From Candidatus Harrisonbacteria bacterium (GTDB lineage: Bacteria; Patescibacteriota; Minisyncoccia; UBA6257; UBA11618), in the NCBI GenBank assembly GCA_023244835.1, contig JAHFLN010000001.1, positions 4,912-68,911 on the forward strand: DNA of 64,000 nt, given 5' to 3'. The notes under the pieces are model-generated. The model searched no databases and was not told the origin of the DNA. It worked only from the letters and a program-made list of their open reading frames with translations. Of this stretch, positions 52,368 through 62,275 are shown piece after piece (within the stretch, counting starts at the first letter, position 1; every line of letters begins with the position of its first letter). Made by a program: the position numbers and the translations under genes.

Positions 52368-53480
52368 TTATTTGAAAATCTCCGGCCGATACCTATTGCT
52401 CGGGTTCCAATTGAGCCACCCCGCGGATAGGCCCGCGTCATGGATTGCCCGTATCTGCGCGCGTACCATCTCAGGCGTATAGTCCGCGCCCATATTGAAA
52501 TCCTGAATCCACGGCCTAATATTCGTGAATGGCTGATTTGCGGCCATAAATATCTCCTTCCCCTTCGCGAGCGTACCCGCCATCACCTCATAAGGATGCG
52601 CCGCCGGATTATCGAAGCCGAAATTGCCCGCGTCGAAATGCGACGGGTAAATCATCGGACAAATCGCATCAAATACTGCCGCGAGAGCCGGCGCCGACTG
52701 ACCGATACCGAGATCCGCCTTTCGCATAAAGGTGTAGCCGAAAATATCGGCGGTTAAGCGGATATCCGGATAGTCCCTCTTGATCTCATTTTTCAGATAA
52801 TTCGCGGCCTCTACGATAACATCGCTTTTTTCCCTACCAGCCCCTTCCCGCCAGAATGGATAAACCGCGGTCGTCACTCCTTCGGAGGGAAACCTAAAAT
52901 AATCGAAATTAATTTCACCGAAACCCGCGTCAACCGCTTCCTTCGCGATGCCCGCAACATGCGCCCACGCCTCCTTATTACTCGGATCGAGCCAATGCCG
53001 CCCTCCATTATCGCGCCATAAGCCGCCGCCAGCGCCGTGTACGGCCCAACTCGGCTTCTCTGCCGCTATATTATTATTCTGAAACACCACAAGCCGCGCG
53101 ATGGGGAAGATGCGCAGGAACCGCAAGCGGCGGATCGCCGCACGCAGACGATCATCGATTAAAACGCGCCCGGAATCGTCTTGGATATCCACAACGACCG
53201 CATTCGGCGCCATGTCACCCGAAGCGTCTTTTATAAGACTCACGATGCCGTCCATCTTTCCGCTCCGCAGGATCGAGGCGGTAATATACAGCGCTCGAAC
53301 TTCTGCCGGATATTCGAGAGGAGTAAGCGGCGGGAGAACGATCTGATCCGGAGCTACTACCGCTACCGCTTGAGCCTCCTGCCCCATAGACGCCGGAACG
53401 GGACGGGTGGTTATGAACGCCGCGCCCGATGCTGAAACAATCATAAGCGCCGATGCGAGCACTTTCGCCTTACCGGGCAT
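52368..53480 (-). CDS. putative glycoside hydrolase (DUF4015)
   Basis: NAVVVDI, IARLVVF, GFGEINFDYFRFP, PMIYPSH, RPWIQDF, WNPSNRY; start moved to MPGK. Confidence 0.85.
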   Translation of the reverse strand: MPGKAKVLASALMIVSASGAAFITTRPVPASMGQEAQAVAVVAPDQIVLPPLTPLEYPAEVRALYITASILRSGKMDGIVSLIKDASGDMAPNAVVVDIQDDSGRVLIDDRLRAAIRRLRFLRIFPIARLVVFQNNNIAAEKPSWAVHGAGGGLWRDNGGRHWLDPSNKEAWAHVAGIAKEAVDAGFGEINFDYFRFPSEGVTTAVYPFWREGAGREKSDVIVEAANYLKNEIKRDYPDIRLTADIFGYTFMRKADLGIGQSAPALAAVFDAICPMIYPSHFDAGNFGFDNPAAHPYEVMAGTLAKGKEIFMAANQPFTNIRPWIQDFNMGADYTPEMVRAQIRAIHDAGLSAGWLNWNPSNRYRPEIFK

Positions 53481-54327
53481 ACGGGAAAATAACGATGAAC
53501 CACGCGGCGGCCGACAGGAGCACCGCGAGGACCTTCTCGGGAAGATTCGCAACGAGGCTTTTCCGAAGCTCTATCTTCTTCGGATCGTATTTATCCCGCA
53601 TGAATTCTCCGATCGCCTGCTTAAGCTCCTCAGCCGATGCCATAACCGCAAGACGCCCGTCACGGGCGACCGAAATCGTTCCCTTTTCCTCCGATACGAT
53701 GACGGCGAGCACGTCGGACACTTCGGCGATACCCAAGCCCGCGCTATGGCGCGTGCCGTACGATTCGATCTGCCCGAAATCCTGCGACAACGGAAGGTGC
53801 ACGCCGAATTTAGCAATAAGCCCGCCCGCGATTACAAGAGCTCCATCATGCCCCGGCGAGCTCGCGTCGAATATACTTTCAAGGAGAGGCTCTGAGATCT
53901 TCCCCTCGAGTGAAAATCCGCCGCTTAAGTGGCGGCCGATCGCTTCACGGCCCGTGAATACCACGATCATGCCGATTTTCTCCTTACTGAAACGCTCCGC
54001 AACCCGCACTACGCACTCAACAATACCCGTTCCCGGCCGTTTCTTCATCGAGGCTCCTCCCGCGCCTATCCATATGGCGATCATCTCGAAATATCTCCGC
54101 AGTTCCGCCTGGAATATAATCACAAGGCCGAGCAGAAATACGCTGAAAAAAAGATTCAACGCCGCGGCGGACAGACGTAAGCCAAATGTGTTTGCGGCGG
54201 CATAGACTACGGATACGACGATAATCCCGTACACGACGAAGAGCGACCGCGTCTGCTTCAGGAGCATGATAAGCCCGTACGTGAGGAACGAAGAAAGCCC
54301 GATATCGAGAATATCTATCAATCTCAT
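53470..54327 (-). CDS. cdaA: diadenylate cyclase CdaA/DacA
   Basis: 3 TM, IFQAELRR, HDGA, GTRHSA, VSEEKG. Confidence 0.88.
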   Translation of the reverse strand: MRLIDILDIGLSSFLTYGLIMLLKQTRSLFVVYGIIVVSVVYAAANTFGLRLSAAALNLFFSVFLLGLVIIFQAELRRYFEMIAIWIGAGGASMKKRPGTGIVECVVRVAERFSKEKIGMIVVFTGREAIGRHLSGGFSLEGKISEPLLESIFDASSPGHDGALVIAGGLIAKFGVHLPLSQDFGQIESYGTRHSAGLGIAEVSDVLAVIVSEEKGTISVARDGRLAVMASAEELKQAIGEFMRDKYDPKKIELRKSLVANLPEKVLAVLLSAAAWFIVIFPYAR

Positions 54328-54339
54328 ATGAGCAGTATA

Positions 54340-54426
54340 CCCCGTGTTACAAATCCGACCATATATGACCCGTCATATTAGCTCGTCCATAGCGTTTCTA
54401 CACCACGTCGGATTTGTAACACGGGG
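54340..54426. mobile_element. MITE-like element, family A copy 2
   Basis: Perfect 20-bp TIR CCCCGTGTTACAAATCCGAC; TATA on both sides. Confidence 0.75.
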
Positions 54427-54440
54427 TATACCTCGTCGTG

Positions 54441-54488
54441 AAAAAAATACAGCCGCTCTACCCGATACCGGGAGCGGCTGTATTTTTT
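54441..54488. terminator. bidirectional intrinsic terminator
   Basis: A-run TACAGCCGCTC...GAGCGGCTGTA T-run. Confidence 0.75.
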
Positions 54489-54505
54489 AAAACCGACAGT
54501 TCGCG

Positions 54506-55168
54506 CTACAGCGCGATCAGAATATCCTTCTTTCCTCCCGCAACCACATCGATCGGCATCATTTTTATAGATTCATTCGGAATGCCGGTGTCGTTCGAAA
54601 GCGTACGCACCTTTACCTCGTCGTACGCGATAGCCGCGAGCGATACGGTGAAGATATTCGTCACGGAACCTGCCTGAACGGGCTTATAACCGTCATAGAC
54701 CTGTATCCATCCGCCGTTCGCGTCGGCTACGCGATACGGATTATGCACGAAGATTTCGCGCACCGTTACCGCCGTAGGCGACGATACCGAGAACGACACC
54801 TCGCCCTTCCCTACCGCGGCCGGAACGGCTGTTCCCTGCGCAGGAGCTTCGGGCATCGAAGGAGAGACCGCTTCTTCCGCCGGACCCGCGCCCGCAGGCG
54901 GCATGGTGTCTAGAACATCGGCCCCGGTCGATGTCGCTTCCTCCGCCGCCTCGGTCGATGTCGAGACTGCTTCTTCCGCCGCCGGCATGCCAGCAGTCGA
55001 TGACGACATGAGAAGCTTAACCCCTACGACTACGATTACGAGCACCAGTATGACTATGGCGAGATTAGTGCCTGCCTGACCCTTATCCTCTTCAGGAGCC
55101 TTATGCTCCCCATAGTATGACGCGCCATTACCCACCCGATTTCCCTGCTCCGATCCTATTGGTTCCAT
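54506..55168 (-). CDS. membrane-anchored hypothetical protein with acidic A/E/P linker
   Basis: Single TM; AEEAxS repeats; beta-rich C-terminus. Confidence 0.7.
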   Translation of the reverse strand: MEPIGSEQGNRVGNGASYYGEHKAPEEDKGQAGTNLAIVILVLVIVVVGVKLLMSSSTAGMPAAEEAVSTSTEAAEEATSTGADVLDTMPPAGAGPAEEAVSPSMPEAPAQGTAVPAAVGKGEVSFSVSSPTAVTVREIFVHNPYRVADANGGWIQVYDGYKPVQAGSVTNIFTVSLAAIAYDEVKVRTLSNDTGIPNESIKMMPIDVVAGGKKDILIAL

Positions 55169-55209
55169 ATGCGCCTCATGGTAGGGCGAAGCATACCGAA
55201 CGTCAACAC

Positions 55210-56325
55210 CTATAATCCGGAAAGCGTGATGCCTGATCCCTCCAGCATCTTTTTCAGCGGATAGGTGGAAATTATCGTCGCGCGAACCGACCCGTCTTCC
55301 TTCGCGCTCACGACGCCGATCACCCTACCCTTCCAGAATATGGGCGATCCCGACCTTCCGCCGATCGTTTCCATATCCGCCAAAATACCGATGGGCTCAT
55401 CCTTGAAAAGCGCGTCACCCCCGACATACTTCCGCACCGCGCCGACACTTCCTTGCAAATAAAACGAATTTCCATATGCCGGTGTTCCGCTCGGGAAGCC
55501 GAACGTGAGCAGTTCCCCGCCCGGCGCGGGAAAGGCTACCTCCTCGATCCTGCTCGCCGGAAACGAGCTAGGCATCGAGCGGCCGAAGAACTCCCTCGCA
55601 TCGTCCGTTACATCGATGATCTTCAATATCGCCATATCGAGAAAGTCTCCTTCGCCCGCGCTCATACCCGGCTTTCCGGCCGAATTCGGCACGAACGCTA
55701 CCGTCGCGCGGTACGGCAAGGCGTTTACGAGCGTGAATGGATTCAAGGCCCTGATTTCCTGCGGCGTCGGCGCATGCGCATCCAGATCGGGCCCGCCCAC
55801 GATACATGACTTAAGCGAATAACCCGAAGCCCCCTGCCTGCCCCCGGTACGTCGATACGCGTACTCCATATCGACCACGTGCCGCGCGGTCAGCACGTAT
55901 CCGCGCGAGTCCACGATCGCGCCGGAACCGAATGCCGTGATCGTCCCGCCTGTCGCCGCATTCTCGAACGAACACTTCACGACGACGATAGACGACATCA
56001 CGATCGGCGTTTCGGGAAGTGTCTTCTCCGATGACTCCTTCGGCAGGGAAACGGGGGGTTGCTTCGGCGCGGGGAGAGGGAGCACGGGCATAGGAGCAAC
56101 GGACTTCGAAGGCTCGCGCGCCGCCTTCTTCGCCGACTCCGACTGCGTAGCCGGCGCAGGAAGCGCGGCGGGTTCCATCCTATCGGACGCGAGCGGCTTC
56201 GTAGGCGCTTCTGCTTTTCCATTATCCCCATCGGGAAGCATGACGACCGTTTTCGCCCTCATACCATACGTGCCGAAACCAATGACTACCGCGACGATCA
56301 GCGCGAATATGATACGGAACGTCAT
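55210..56325 (-). CDS. membrane-anchored trypsin-like serine protease
   Basis: Catalytic triad LTARHV, DMAILKI, GRSGSP. Confidence 0.88.
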   Translation of the reverse strand: MTFRIIFALIVAVVIGFGTYGMRAKTVVMLPDGDNGKAEAPTKPLASDRMEPAALPAPATQSESAKKAAREPSKSVAPMPVLPLPAPKQPPVSLPKESSEKTLPETPIVMSSIVVVKCSFENAATGGTITAFGSGAIVDSRGYVLTARHVVDMEYAYRRTGGRQGASGYSLKSCIVGGPDLDAHAPTPQEIRALNPFTLVNALPYRATVAFVPNSAGKPGMSAGEGDFLDMAILKIIDVTDDAREFFGRSMPSSFPASRIEEVAFPAPGGELLTFGFPSGTPAYGNSFYLQGSVGAVRKYVGGDALFKDEPIGILADMETIGGRSGSPIFWKGRVIGVVSAKEDGSVRATIISTYPLKKMLEGSGITLSGL

Positions 56326-57914
56326 TTCCTCCTGATATGCGCCTCCGCGTATGCGGCGCTGCCGCCGACCTTCTTTCCCGGATTAAATATGCCGTGCGGA
56401 TCGAAGATGCGCTTCACTTCTCCGAAAAGCGCGCACACTTTTTCTCCGTACATCCGCTCCAAATACGGCGTTCGCATGAGCCCGTCATTATGCTCGGCCG
56501 TAATCGATCCCCCGTATTTCACGACCAAGGCGTACACCTTTTCCCCCAGCTCCTTGATAACCTCCCGCGATCGGGCACTTCCGAGATCCATGAGCGGAAT
56601 GATATGAAAATTGCCGTTGCCCATATGCCCTGCGACGGTATAGGTCATATCGGCCTCGTACGGCTTCATAAGCGCCTCGAGTTCGGGCAGGAATTGCGGA
56701 AGCTTCTTAGGCGATACAATCACGTCGTCTATGAAGGGCGCCGTCTGTCTGCCGTGAATCTTCGTGCGGAGCAAGCTAAAACTTTCACGACGCACCGCCC
56801 AATACTTCTCCGCATCGCGGGCCGTCCTCGTGACCCGCATCGCGCCCACGAGCCCCGCAAGCGACTTCCGTGCCGCCTCGGCCTTCGTGAGCGTCTCACG
56901 CTCCGAATCTCCCGTGAACTCCGCGAGGAGCACGAGCTTCGGCAGGCCGCCGTTCCGAACGATCATCATGACCTCCGGGATGAATTGCCAGGCGAAGCGG
57001 AAGAACATATAGCGCATGCCGAGCATGAGCGTATGGTCGTCATATGACTCGAAGCTTTCAGGCCGATGCTCAAGCACCTTGGGAATAAGCGTGGCAAGCG
57101 TCGAGGCGTCATTCAAAAATATCACGAGCAGGCGCGAATGCTTTTTAGGACGAATAGTTCGAAACCGTATCTCTGTCACCAACCCGAGCGTCCCCTGCGA
57201 ACCCGTTATGAGCCGCGTCATGTCGAATGTCGTGCCGTCATACACGTCCCAGAGCGCGTATCCCGCCGAATTCTTGCTGACCGCGGGCTTCGCCGCGCGC
57301 AGGACATCGGCATTCTTCGTGACAAGATCGTAGACGGAACGATAGAGGTCGCCCTCGAACGTCCCAAGACGCATCTTTTCCCGCAGGCCGCGTTGATCGA
57401 GCTTGCCGAACGAGTACTGATTGCCGTCTGCGCATACAACGTCGAGCTTCGACACGTAATCCGCCGTTTTCCCGTATGATAAGGTCTTTTCCCCGCCAGA
57501 ATTGTTCGCGACCATGCCGCCGATTGCGCACAACCCCTTCGACGCCGGATAGCTCGGCATGAGAAAGTCTTTCGCCGCAAGCTCCCGCTCGAGATCGCGG
57601 TAATACGTTCCCGGTTCCGCGACTGCAAACCCGTATCCGACCTCGCGGATATGGTTCATATAGCGCGTGAAATCAACCACGACCGATTCGGACAATGGGC
57701 CACCCGTCATGTCCGTGCCCGCCGCACGGGCTGTTAAGGACACGCCGAGGCTCCGATTCTCAGAAACGAACGCGACGAGCGCCTTCACATCATCCTCATC
57801 GCGCGGAAAGACGACGGCCTGCGGCACCACCTTAAAGAGGCTCGCGTCGCGACTCGCCGTCTCCCGCGAGGCATGATCTTCCGCGATATCTCCCTTGAAT
57901 CCCGGGATCACCAT
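56322..57914 (-). CDS. FAD-binding oxidoreductase (GlcD/D-lactate dehydrogenase-like)
   Basis: RAAGTDMTG, GGMVANN, GSQGTLG, GHMGNGNFH, AEHNDG, FNPGK. Confidence 0.9.
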   Translation of the reverse strand: MVIPGFKGDIAEDHASRETASRDASLFKVVPQAVVFPRDEDDVKALVAFVSENRSLGVSLTARAAGTDMTGGPLSESVVVDFTRYMNHIREVGYGFAVAEPGTYYRDLERELAAKDFLMPSYPASKGLCAIGGMVANNSGGEKTLSYGKTADYVSKLDVVCADGNQYSFGKLDQRGLREKMRLGTFEGDLYRSVYDLVTKNADVLRAAKPAVSKNSAGYALWDVYDGTTFDMTRLITGSQGTLGLVTEIRFRTIRPKKHSRLLVIFLNDASTLATLIPKVLEHRPESFESYDDHTLMLGMRYMFFRFAWQFIPEVMMIVRNGGLPKLVLLAEFTGDSERETLTKAEAARKSLAGLVGAMRVTRTARDAEKYWAVRRESFSLLRTKIHGRQTAPFIDDVIVSPKKLPQFLPELEALMKPYEADMTYTVAGHMGNGNFHIIPLMDLGSARSREVIKELGEKVYALVVKYGGSITAEHNDGLMRTPYLERMYGEKVCALFGEVKRIFDPHGIFNPGKKVGGSAAYAEAHIRRK

Positions 57915-57918
57915 GCCT

Positions 57919-58725
57919 CTATGGTATCACGAATTTCCCCCGCCTTTCCCGTACCAGTCCCTCCTTCAGAAGATTCGCCATAGTGCGCCGTATCCGCCCT
58001 TCGGCCATGCCCGTTTCCCCCATAACTTCCGCGATCGCGCGCGGCCCGGAAGCAACAAGCAGTTTCACGATCGCGCCGCGGGCCTGCCTATCCGACCCCT
58101 CGAATTTCGCCTGCGTGACGTGGTGGGCGCTCCTGCGAGAAGGATTCGCCTCTGCCCCCTTCAAATACGCGCCGTAATCCATGAGCGCCCAGTACCACTC
58201 GCGCGGACGAACGCGGTCAAGCGCGCGCTCCACAAACGGCATAATCTGCCCGTCCCTCACCCCGCTCCGACCCGGAAAAAAATGATGCAGGAATACGCTC
58301 CGCACGTTCGTCTCGATGAATGCGACCGGCGCATTGAATGCGAACGCGGCGATCGAGCGCGCGGTCGCCTGGCCTATACCCGGCAACCGTTCGAGAAATT
58401 CCGGATCCTCCGGAAGCTTCCCGCGATGCTTCCGCGCAACCTCCTCCGCGATCCGCTTCAGATACAACGCACGCCGGTTATATCCCATACCCTGCCAAGC
58501 GGCGAGCACGTCCTTCAAGGAAGCGGACGCGAGCGAGGCGAAGTCCGGAAATGCCGCGATGAATTCGGGATATTTCTTCTCCACGCGGCTAACCTGCGTC
58601 TGTTGAAGCATGATCTCCGAAACGACGATACGATACGGATCGTGCATGACGCGCCACGCCATTCCGTGCCGTCCGCGTTTCCGATAATGGTCCCATATTT
58701 TTTTCCTGAATTGCCCGATGGTCAC
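57919..58725 (-). CDS. mutY: A/G-specific adenine glycosylase (short form without Fe-S motif)
   Basis: VSEIMLQQTQV, WQGMGYNRRA, LPGIG HhH, ETNV. Confidence 0.88.
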   Translation of the reverse strand: MTIGQFRKKIWDHYRKRGRHGMAWRVMHDPYRIVVSEIMLQQTQVSRVEKKYPEFIAAFPDFASLASASLKDVLAAWQGMGYNRRALYLKRIAEEVARKHRGKLPEDPEFLERLPGIGQATARSIAAFAFNAPVAFIETNVRSVFLHHFFPGRSGVRDGQIMPFVERALDRVRPREWYWALMDYGAYLKGAEANPSRRSAHHVTQAKFEGSDRQARGAIVKLLVASGPRAIAEVMGETGMAEGRIRRTMANLLKEGLVRERRGKFVIP

Positions 58726-58852
58726 TCTTCAGGCATATCAGGTAAATCCCCCGGCGTGAAGGCTTCCGCGCGCCATTTCGACCGACATAGAAACAAAAAA
58801 AACGGCTCCGTCCAGCATCCTGCCGAACGAAGCCGTATCGTGCCGCCCTCCC

Positions 58853-59398
58853 TCACGCAGCATCGTATATTTTCAAACGATGATACGTATGCTTCTTGCC
58901 CGGAACCCCCTTCTTCAAGGCGATCCGGGATTCCCCATTAAACCCCGCATTCATCCGATACAGCTCGACAACAAGCGCTGCATCGATTTTTTTCAGGCAT
59001 GGCACGAACCATTCGCTACCGCCATCCGCCATAAGCGGGATCGCCGGAAAATCGATACGCATCCACTCGGGAATGCGCCCGACATCCACTTTGCCCGGAT
59101 TGTCTGCCATCCATAGCGCATGTTTCAGGCTCAAGTAGCCTCCCGCTATCGGCGCAAGGCGATACCGGTACGCCCGTCCGCCGATAGAGCTTTCTTCGGG
59201 ATACAGCATACTTCCCCAGATAGCATCCACCTCGCACAGAAGCGCGTCCCTGAATGCGCCGACCGACCGCATGCCAGGAAACCTCTCTTTAATCTCAGCT
59301 TCGGACATCTCGCGGAGCGCGGGAATATGCGCGCTGAAATAGTCTCCGCTCGCCCTCGCCTCCAAACGCGATCTTCGTATAGGCTCATGAACCATCAT
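58853..59398 (-). CDS. hypothetical protein
   Basis: AAGGAG SD; 181 aa. Confidence 0.55.
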   Translation of the reverse strand: MMVHEPIRRSRLEARASGDYFSAHIPALREMSEAEIKERFPGMRSVGAFRDALLCEVDAIWGSMLYPEESSIGGRAYRYRLAPIAGGYLSLKHALWMADNPGKVDVGRIPEWMRIDFPAIPLMADGGSEWFVPCLKKIDAALVVELYRMNAGFNGESRIALKKGVPGKKHTYHRLKIYDAA

Positions 59399-59682
59399 GG
59401 CCTTTTCTCCTTATGCAAGCCGATCGCTTCTCTACACATAACGAAATGCGCAGAGACGCGATAAAAATCAAGACACTGGAATTATAATGGATTTATTTGA
59501 CAAAAAAGTCAAATTCCATTCCAATCATCCAAGAACCACGCCACGATATCGTTTAATATCCCGAAATGCGAATCATCTTTTTTTCGAAGATATATCGCGA
59601 TGCCATAGAAAAGATACCCCAGCCAGATCGGCAGAGTCGCCCAAAAAAAGATTGCCCGGGGCGAAATCAGCTTTCCCATTCC

Positions 59683-59859
59683 TTACGACGTGGCGCAGGA
59701 GCACTTGCTCTTCGCCTCGCTACATCCGCAGCAGCGTTCCTCGCGCGGCATACCGCAGCATTCTTCCGCCGAAGCCTCTGCCTCGCTTCCACAGCCCGCG
59801 CATTTATATCCGTGCGCCTCGCCGCATTTCTCGCACATTTTCATGTCTTCTTGTTCCAT
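59683..59859 (-). CDS. small Cys-rich metallothionein-like protein
   Basis: 58 aa with 11 Cys in CxxC, CC, CCxC and CxC; start moved to MEQED. Confidence 0.65.
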   Translation of the reverse strand: MEQEDMKMCEKCGEAHGYKCAGCGSEAEASAEECCGMPREERCCGCSEAKSKCSCATS

Positions 59860-59897
59860 ATATCCAGTATCGCAACCAAGCCCCCCGCTGTCAATTA

Positions 59898-60548
59898 TCA
59901 ACCGATGCGAATCGCGTCCTCCGCCCGGTACTGTCCGACGCGCGTGCGTTCAAGACCGGCGAGATAGCCTCCCACGCCCAAAACGACACCTATATCCCGC
60001 GCGAGCGCACGAATATAGGCCCCCGGGCCGGTCACGACCCGCACACAGACCTCAGGCCATGCATATGAAACGACTTCGATTTCCTTTATGAGAATCGGAC
60101 GCGCCTTCATTTTAAGCTCCTCTCCCGCGCGCGCTCGCGTATATGCCGCCTTTCCGCCAATTTTCAAAGCGCTGTATATCGGCGGTACCTGCATAATCTC
60201 GCCCACGAACTCCTTGCATGCGCGCTCGACATCCTCTCGCGTCGGAACCCTTGGAACCTCGCGCGTCGACTTTTCCCCCTCTTCATCATCCGTCGCGCTT
60301 GTCATACCGAGCCGCACCACGGCGACATACTCCTTCTCATGCGCTACGACCTCGGCCAATGTACGCGTCGCCGCTCGGCCGATGCCCACGACGAGCACGC
60401 CTCTCGCGAGCGGGTCGAGCGTGCCCGCATGACCCACCCTGCGCTCGCCCGTCGCACGACGAATCAGGCCCACGACATCGTGCGATGTCATGCCGATGGG
60501 CTTGTATACAGCGACTATTCCCTCTTTAGGATAGGTTCTACTATTCAC
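59898..60548 (-). CDS. truB: tRNA pseudouridine(55) synthase
   Basis: GHAGTLDPLA, QVPPIYSA, GAYIRALARD, LERTRVG. Confidence 0.96.
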   Translation of the reverse strand: MNSRTYPKEGIVAVYKPIGMTSHDVVGLIRRATGERRVGHAGTLDPLARGVLVVGIGRAATRTLAEVVAHEKEYVAVVRLGMTSATDDEEGEKSTREVPRVPTREDVERACKEFVGEIMQVPPIYSALKIGGKAAYTRARAGEELKMKARPILIKEIEVVSYAWPEVCVRVVTGPGAYIRALARDIGVVLGVGGYLAGLERTRVGQYRAEDAIRIG

Positions 60549-60897
60549 GGAGCATTTTCTTCAGCTCCGCGCCACCGCGCTTCTTCGCATCCACGCTTTT
60601 TTCCTTATGCCGTTCAAGCTCGGTGCGCATATCCTCCTGCGCCTTATCCATCGCCTCAAGCAGGGTTTTTCCTACGGCTTCAGCCCGCAACTCCTTTCCC
60701 GGAACATGAATCATGATCTCCACGCGGAATACGTCGCCTGTGCGGTGGTGGCGCGTGGTGCGCGCGGCCTCTACATGCGCCGAGAGCGCCTCGCCGAAAT
60801 GGCCGGCAACCTTGTCGAGCGCTGCCATCTTCTTCCCGACATACTCTTCGACGGATGCCGTTAACTCGACGTCCGTAGCCTTCATAACGTATTTCAT
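60541..60897 (-). CDS. hpf: ribosome hibernation factor (RaiA/HPF, short)
   Basis: ELTASVEEYV.KK..L, HHRTGDVFRVE, LRAE. Confidence 0.85.
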   Translation of the reverse strand: MKYVMKATDVELTASVEEYVGKKMAALDKVAGHFGEALSAHVEAARTTRHHRTGDVFRVEIMIHVPGKELRAEAVGKTLLEAMDKAQEDMRTELERHKEKSVDAKKRGGAELKKMLRE

Positions 60898-60901
60898 ACC
60901 T

Positions 60902-61537
60902 TCATGATATGCCTGCGAGGATGGGAGTCAAAGGACACTTCCCGTGGGCGTGCGGCCGGGCCACGCACCACCTCCTCCCATACTCTATCAACCGATACGT
61001 AAACGAGAACCACTCCCCCTTCGGAATGAGACGCATAAGATCGCGCTCGATACGTACGGGATCAGAATGCTCCGTAAGGCCGAGCACCTTCGCGAGCCGC
61101 TTCACGTGCGTATCGACCGCGATGCCTTCCACTACGCCGTATGCGTTCCCGAGCACGACGTTCGCGGTCTTTCTCGCCACGCCGGGAATCGAAAGCATCT
61201 CCTCCATCGTTTTCGGCAACTCGCCGTGGAACCTGTCCTTCACCATCTTCGCCGCCGCGAGAATGTTCTTCGTCTTATTCCTAAAAAATCCCGTTGAATG
61301 AATATCCCGCTCGAACTCCGCGGGATCGGCCGCGCAATAGTCCTCGAGCCGCGGGTATTTCCGGAAGAGCGCGGGCGTGACCTCGTTGACCTTCTTATCG
61401 GTGCATTGGGCGGATAACTGGACGGCGACCATGAGCTCCCAGTTATCGGAATACGAAAGCGCGATATGCGCATTAGGAAAAAGATTTTTCAGAGTACCGA
61501 GTATCGCCTTCACGCGCACGTCCATGTCCGTATCCAT
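60902..61537 (-). CDS. nth: endonuclease III
   Basis: LSAQCTDKKVN, GVARKTANV, VDTHV. Confidence 0.95.
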   Translation of the reverse strand: MDTDMDVRVKAILGTLKNLFPNAHIALSYSDNWELMVAVQLSAQCTDKKVNEVTPALFRKYPRLEDYCAADPAEFERDIHSTGFFRNKTKNILAAAKMVKDRFHGELPKTMEEMLSIPGVARKTANVVLGNAYGVVEGIAVDTHVKRLAKVLGLTEHSDPVRIERDLMRLIPKGEWFSFTYRLIEYGRRWCVARPHAHGKCPLTPILAGIS

Positions 61538-61561
61538 ACGCTGAGCGTATCATACTGCGAC

Positions 61562-61593
61562 AAAACCCCCGCGCCTCGCATGAGGCGCGGGGG
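61562..61593 (-). terminator. intrinsic terminator after the DoxX gene
   Basis: AAAA CCCCCGCGCCTC-gcat-GAGGCGCGGGGG. Confidence 0.7.
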
Positions 61594-61620
61594 CATGTCC
61601 CGCATCAGCGCGCGAATCTC

Positions 61621-62022
61621 TTACTTATTCCCCGCAAGCTTATGAACCGTGAATCCTCCCGGACCCGCGAACGCCACGCCGAGCGACACAAGAAGCAGGG
61701 TTAGGGTGTACTCATAACCCCCACCCCCCATGAACCCCTTCGCTCCCGTCACGTACCAGATCGCTCCGGCCATAACGATCGCGAGCAGGATGCCTGCCCA
61801 TTTCGTCCATACCCCAAGAATCATAGCGATGCCTCCGAGGAGCTCGACCCATGACACGAGATACGCGACGAACGTCGCGAGGCCGAGTGACGCGAAAAAG
61901 CTCACCGTGCCGTCCATCATTTGGATCTTGCTCCAGCCATGGGAAACGAACACGAGTCCCAATGCCACGCGGATTAGGAACATGCCCGTGTCCGCGCACA
62001 TCACCTTGTCTTTTGACATCAT
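61621..62022 (-). CDS. DoxX family membrane protein
   Basis: RVALGLVFVSHGWSK, ELLGG, GYEY, GPG. Confidence 0.9.
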   Translation of the reverse strand: MMSKDKVMCADTGMFLIRVALGLVFVSHGWSKIQMMDGTVSFFASLGLATFVAYLVSWVELLGGIAMILGVWTKWAGILLAIVMAGAIWYVTGAKGFMGGGGYEYTLTLLLVSLGVAFAGPGGFTVHKLAGNK

Positions 62023-62145
62023 TGTTTTCCGTACGCCTTATCCGACGACCTTTATATATATCCATAGTATCACGACGATATCTCCTTTTCGCAACGCCCC
62101 CGATGCTTGACGCGCGACCGATAATCTCCGTATGCTCCGATCATG

Positions 62146-62274
62146 CCCCGTGTTATAAATCCGATCTTTCCCGCGGGGAAAATAAAAAACCACGAAATCC
62201 ATATATGATAATCAGAACGATGCATATCAATGACCCCTATCAACCCGATAATCAATCGGATTTGTAACACGGGG
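62146..62274. mobile_element. MITE-like element, family A copy 3
   Basis: TIR CCCCGTGTTAtAAATCCGAT / ATCGGATTTGTAACACGGGG; CATG on both sides, the second containing the dcd start codon. Confidence 0.75.
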
Positions 62275-62275
62275 C

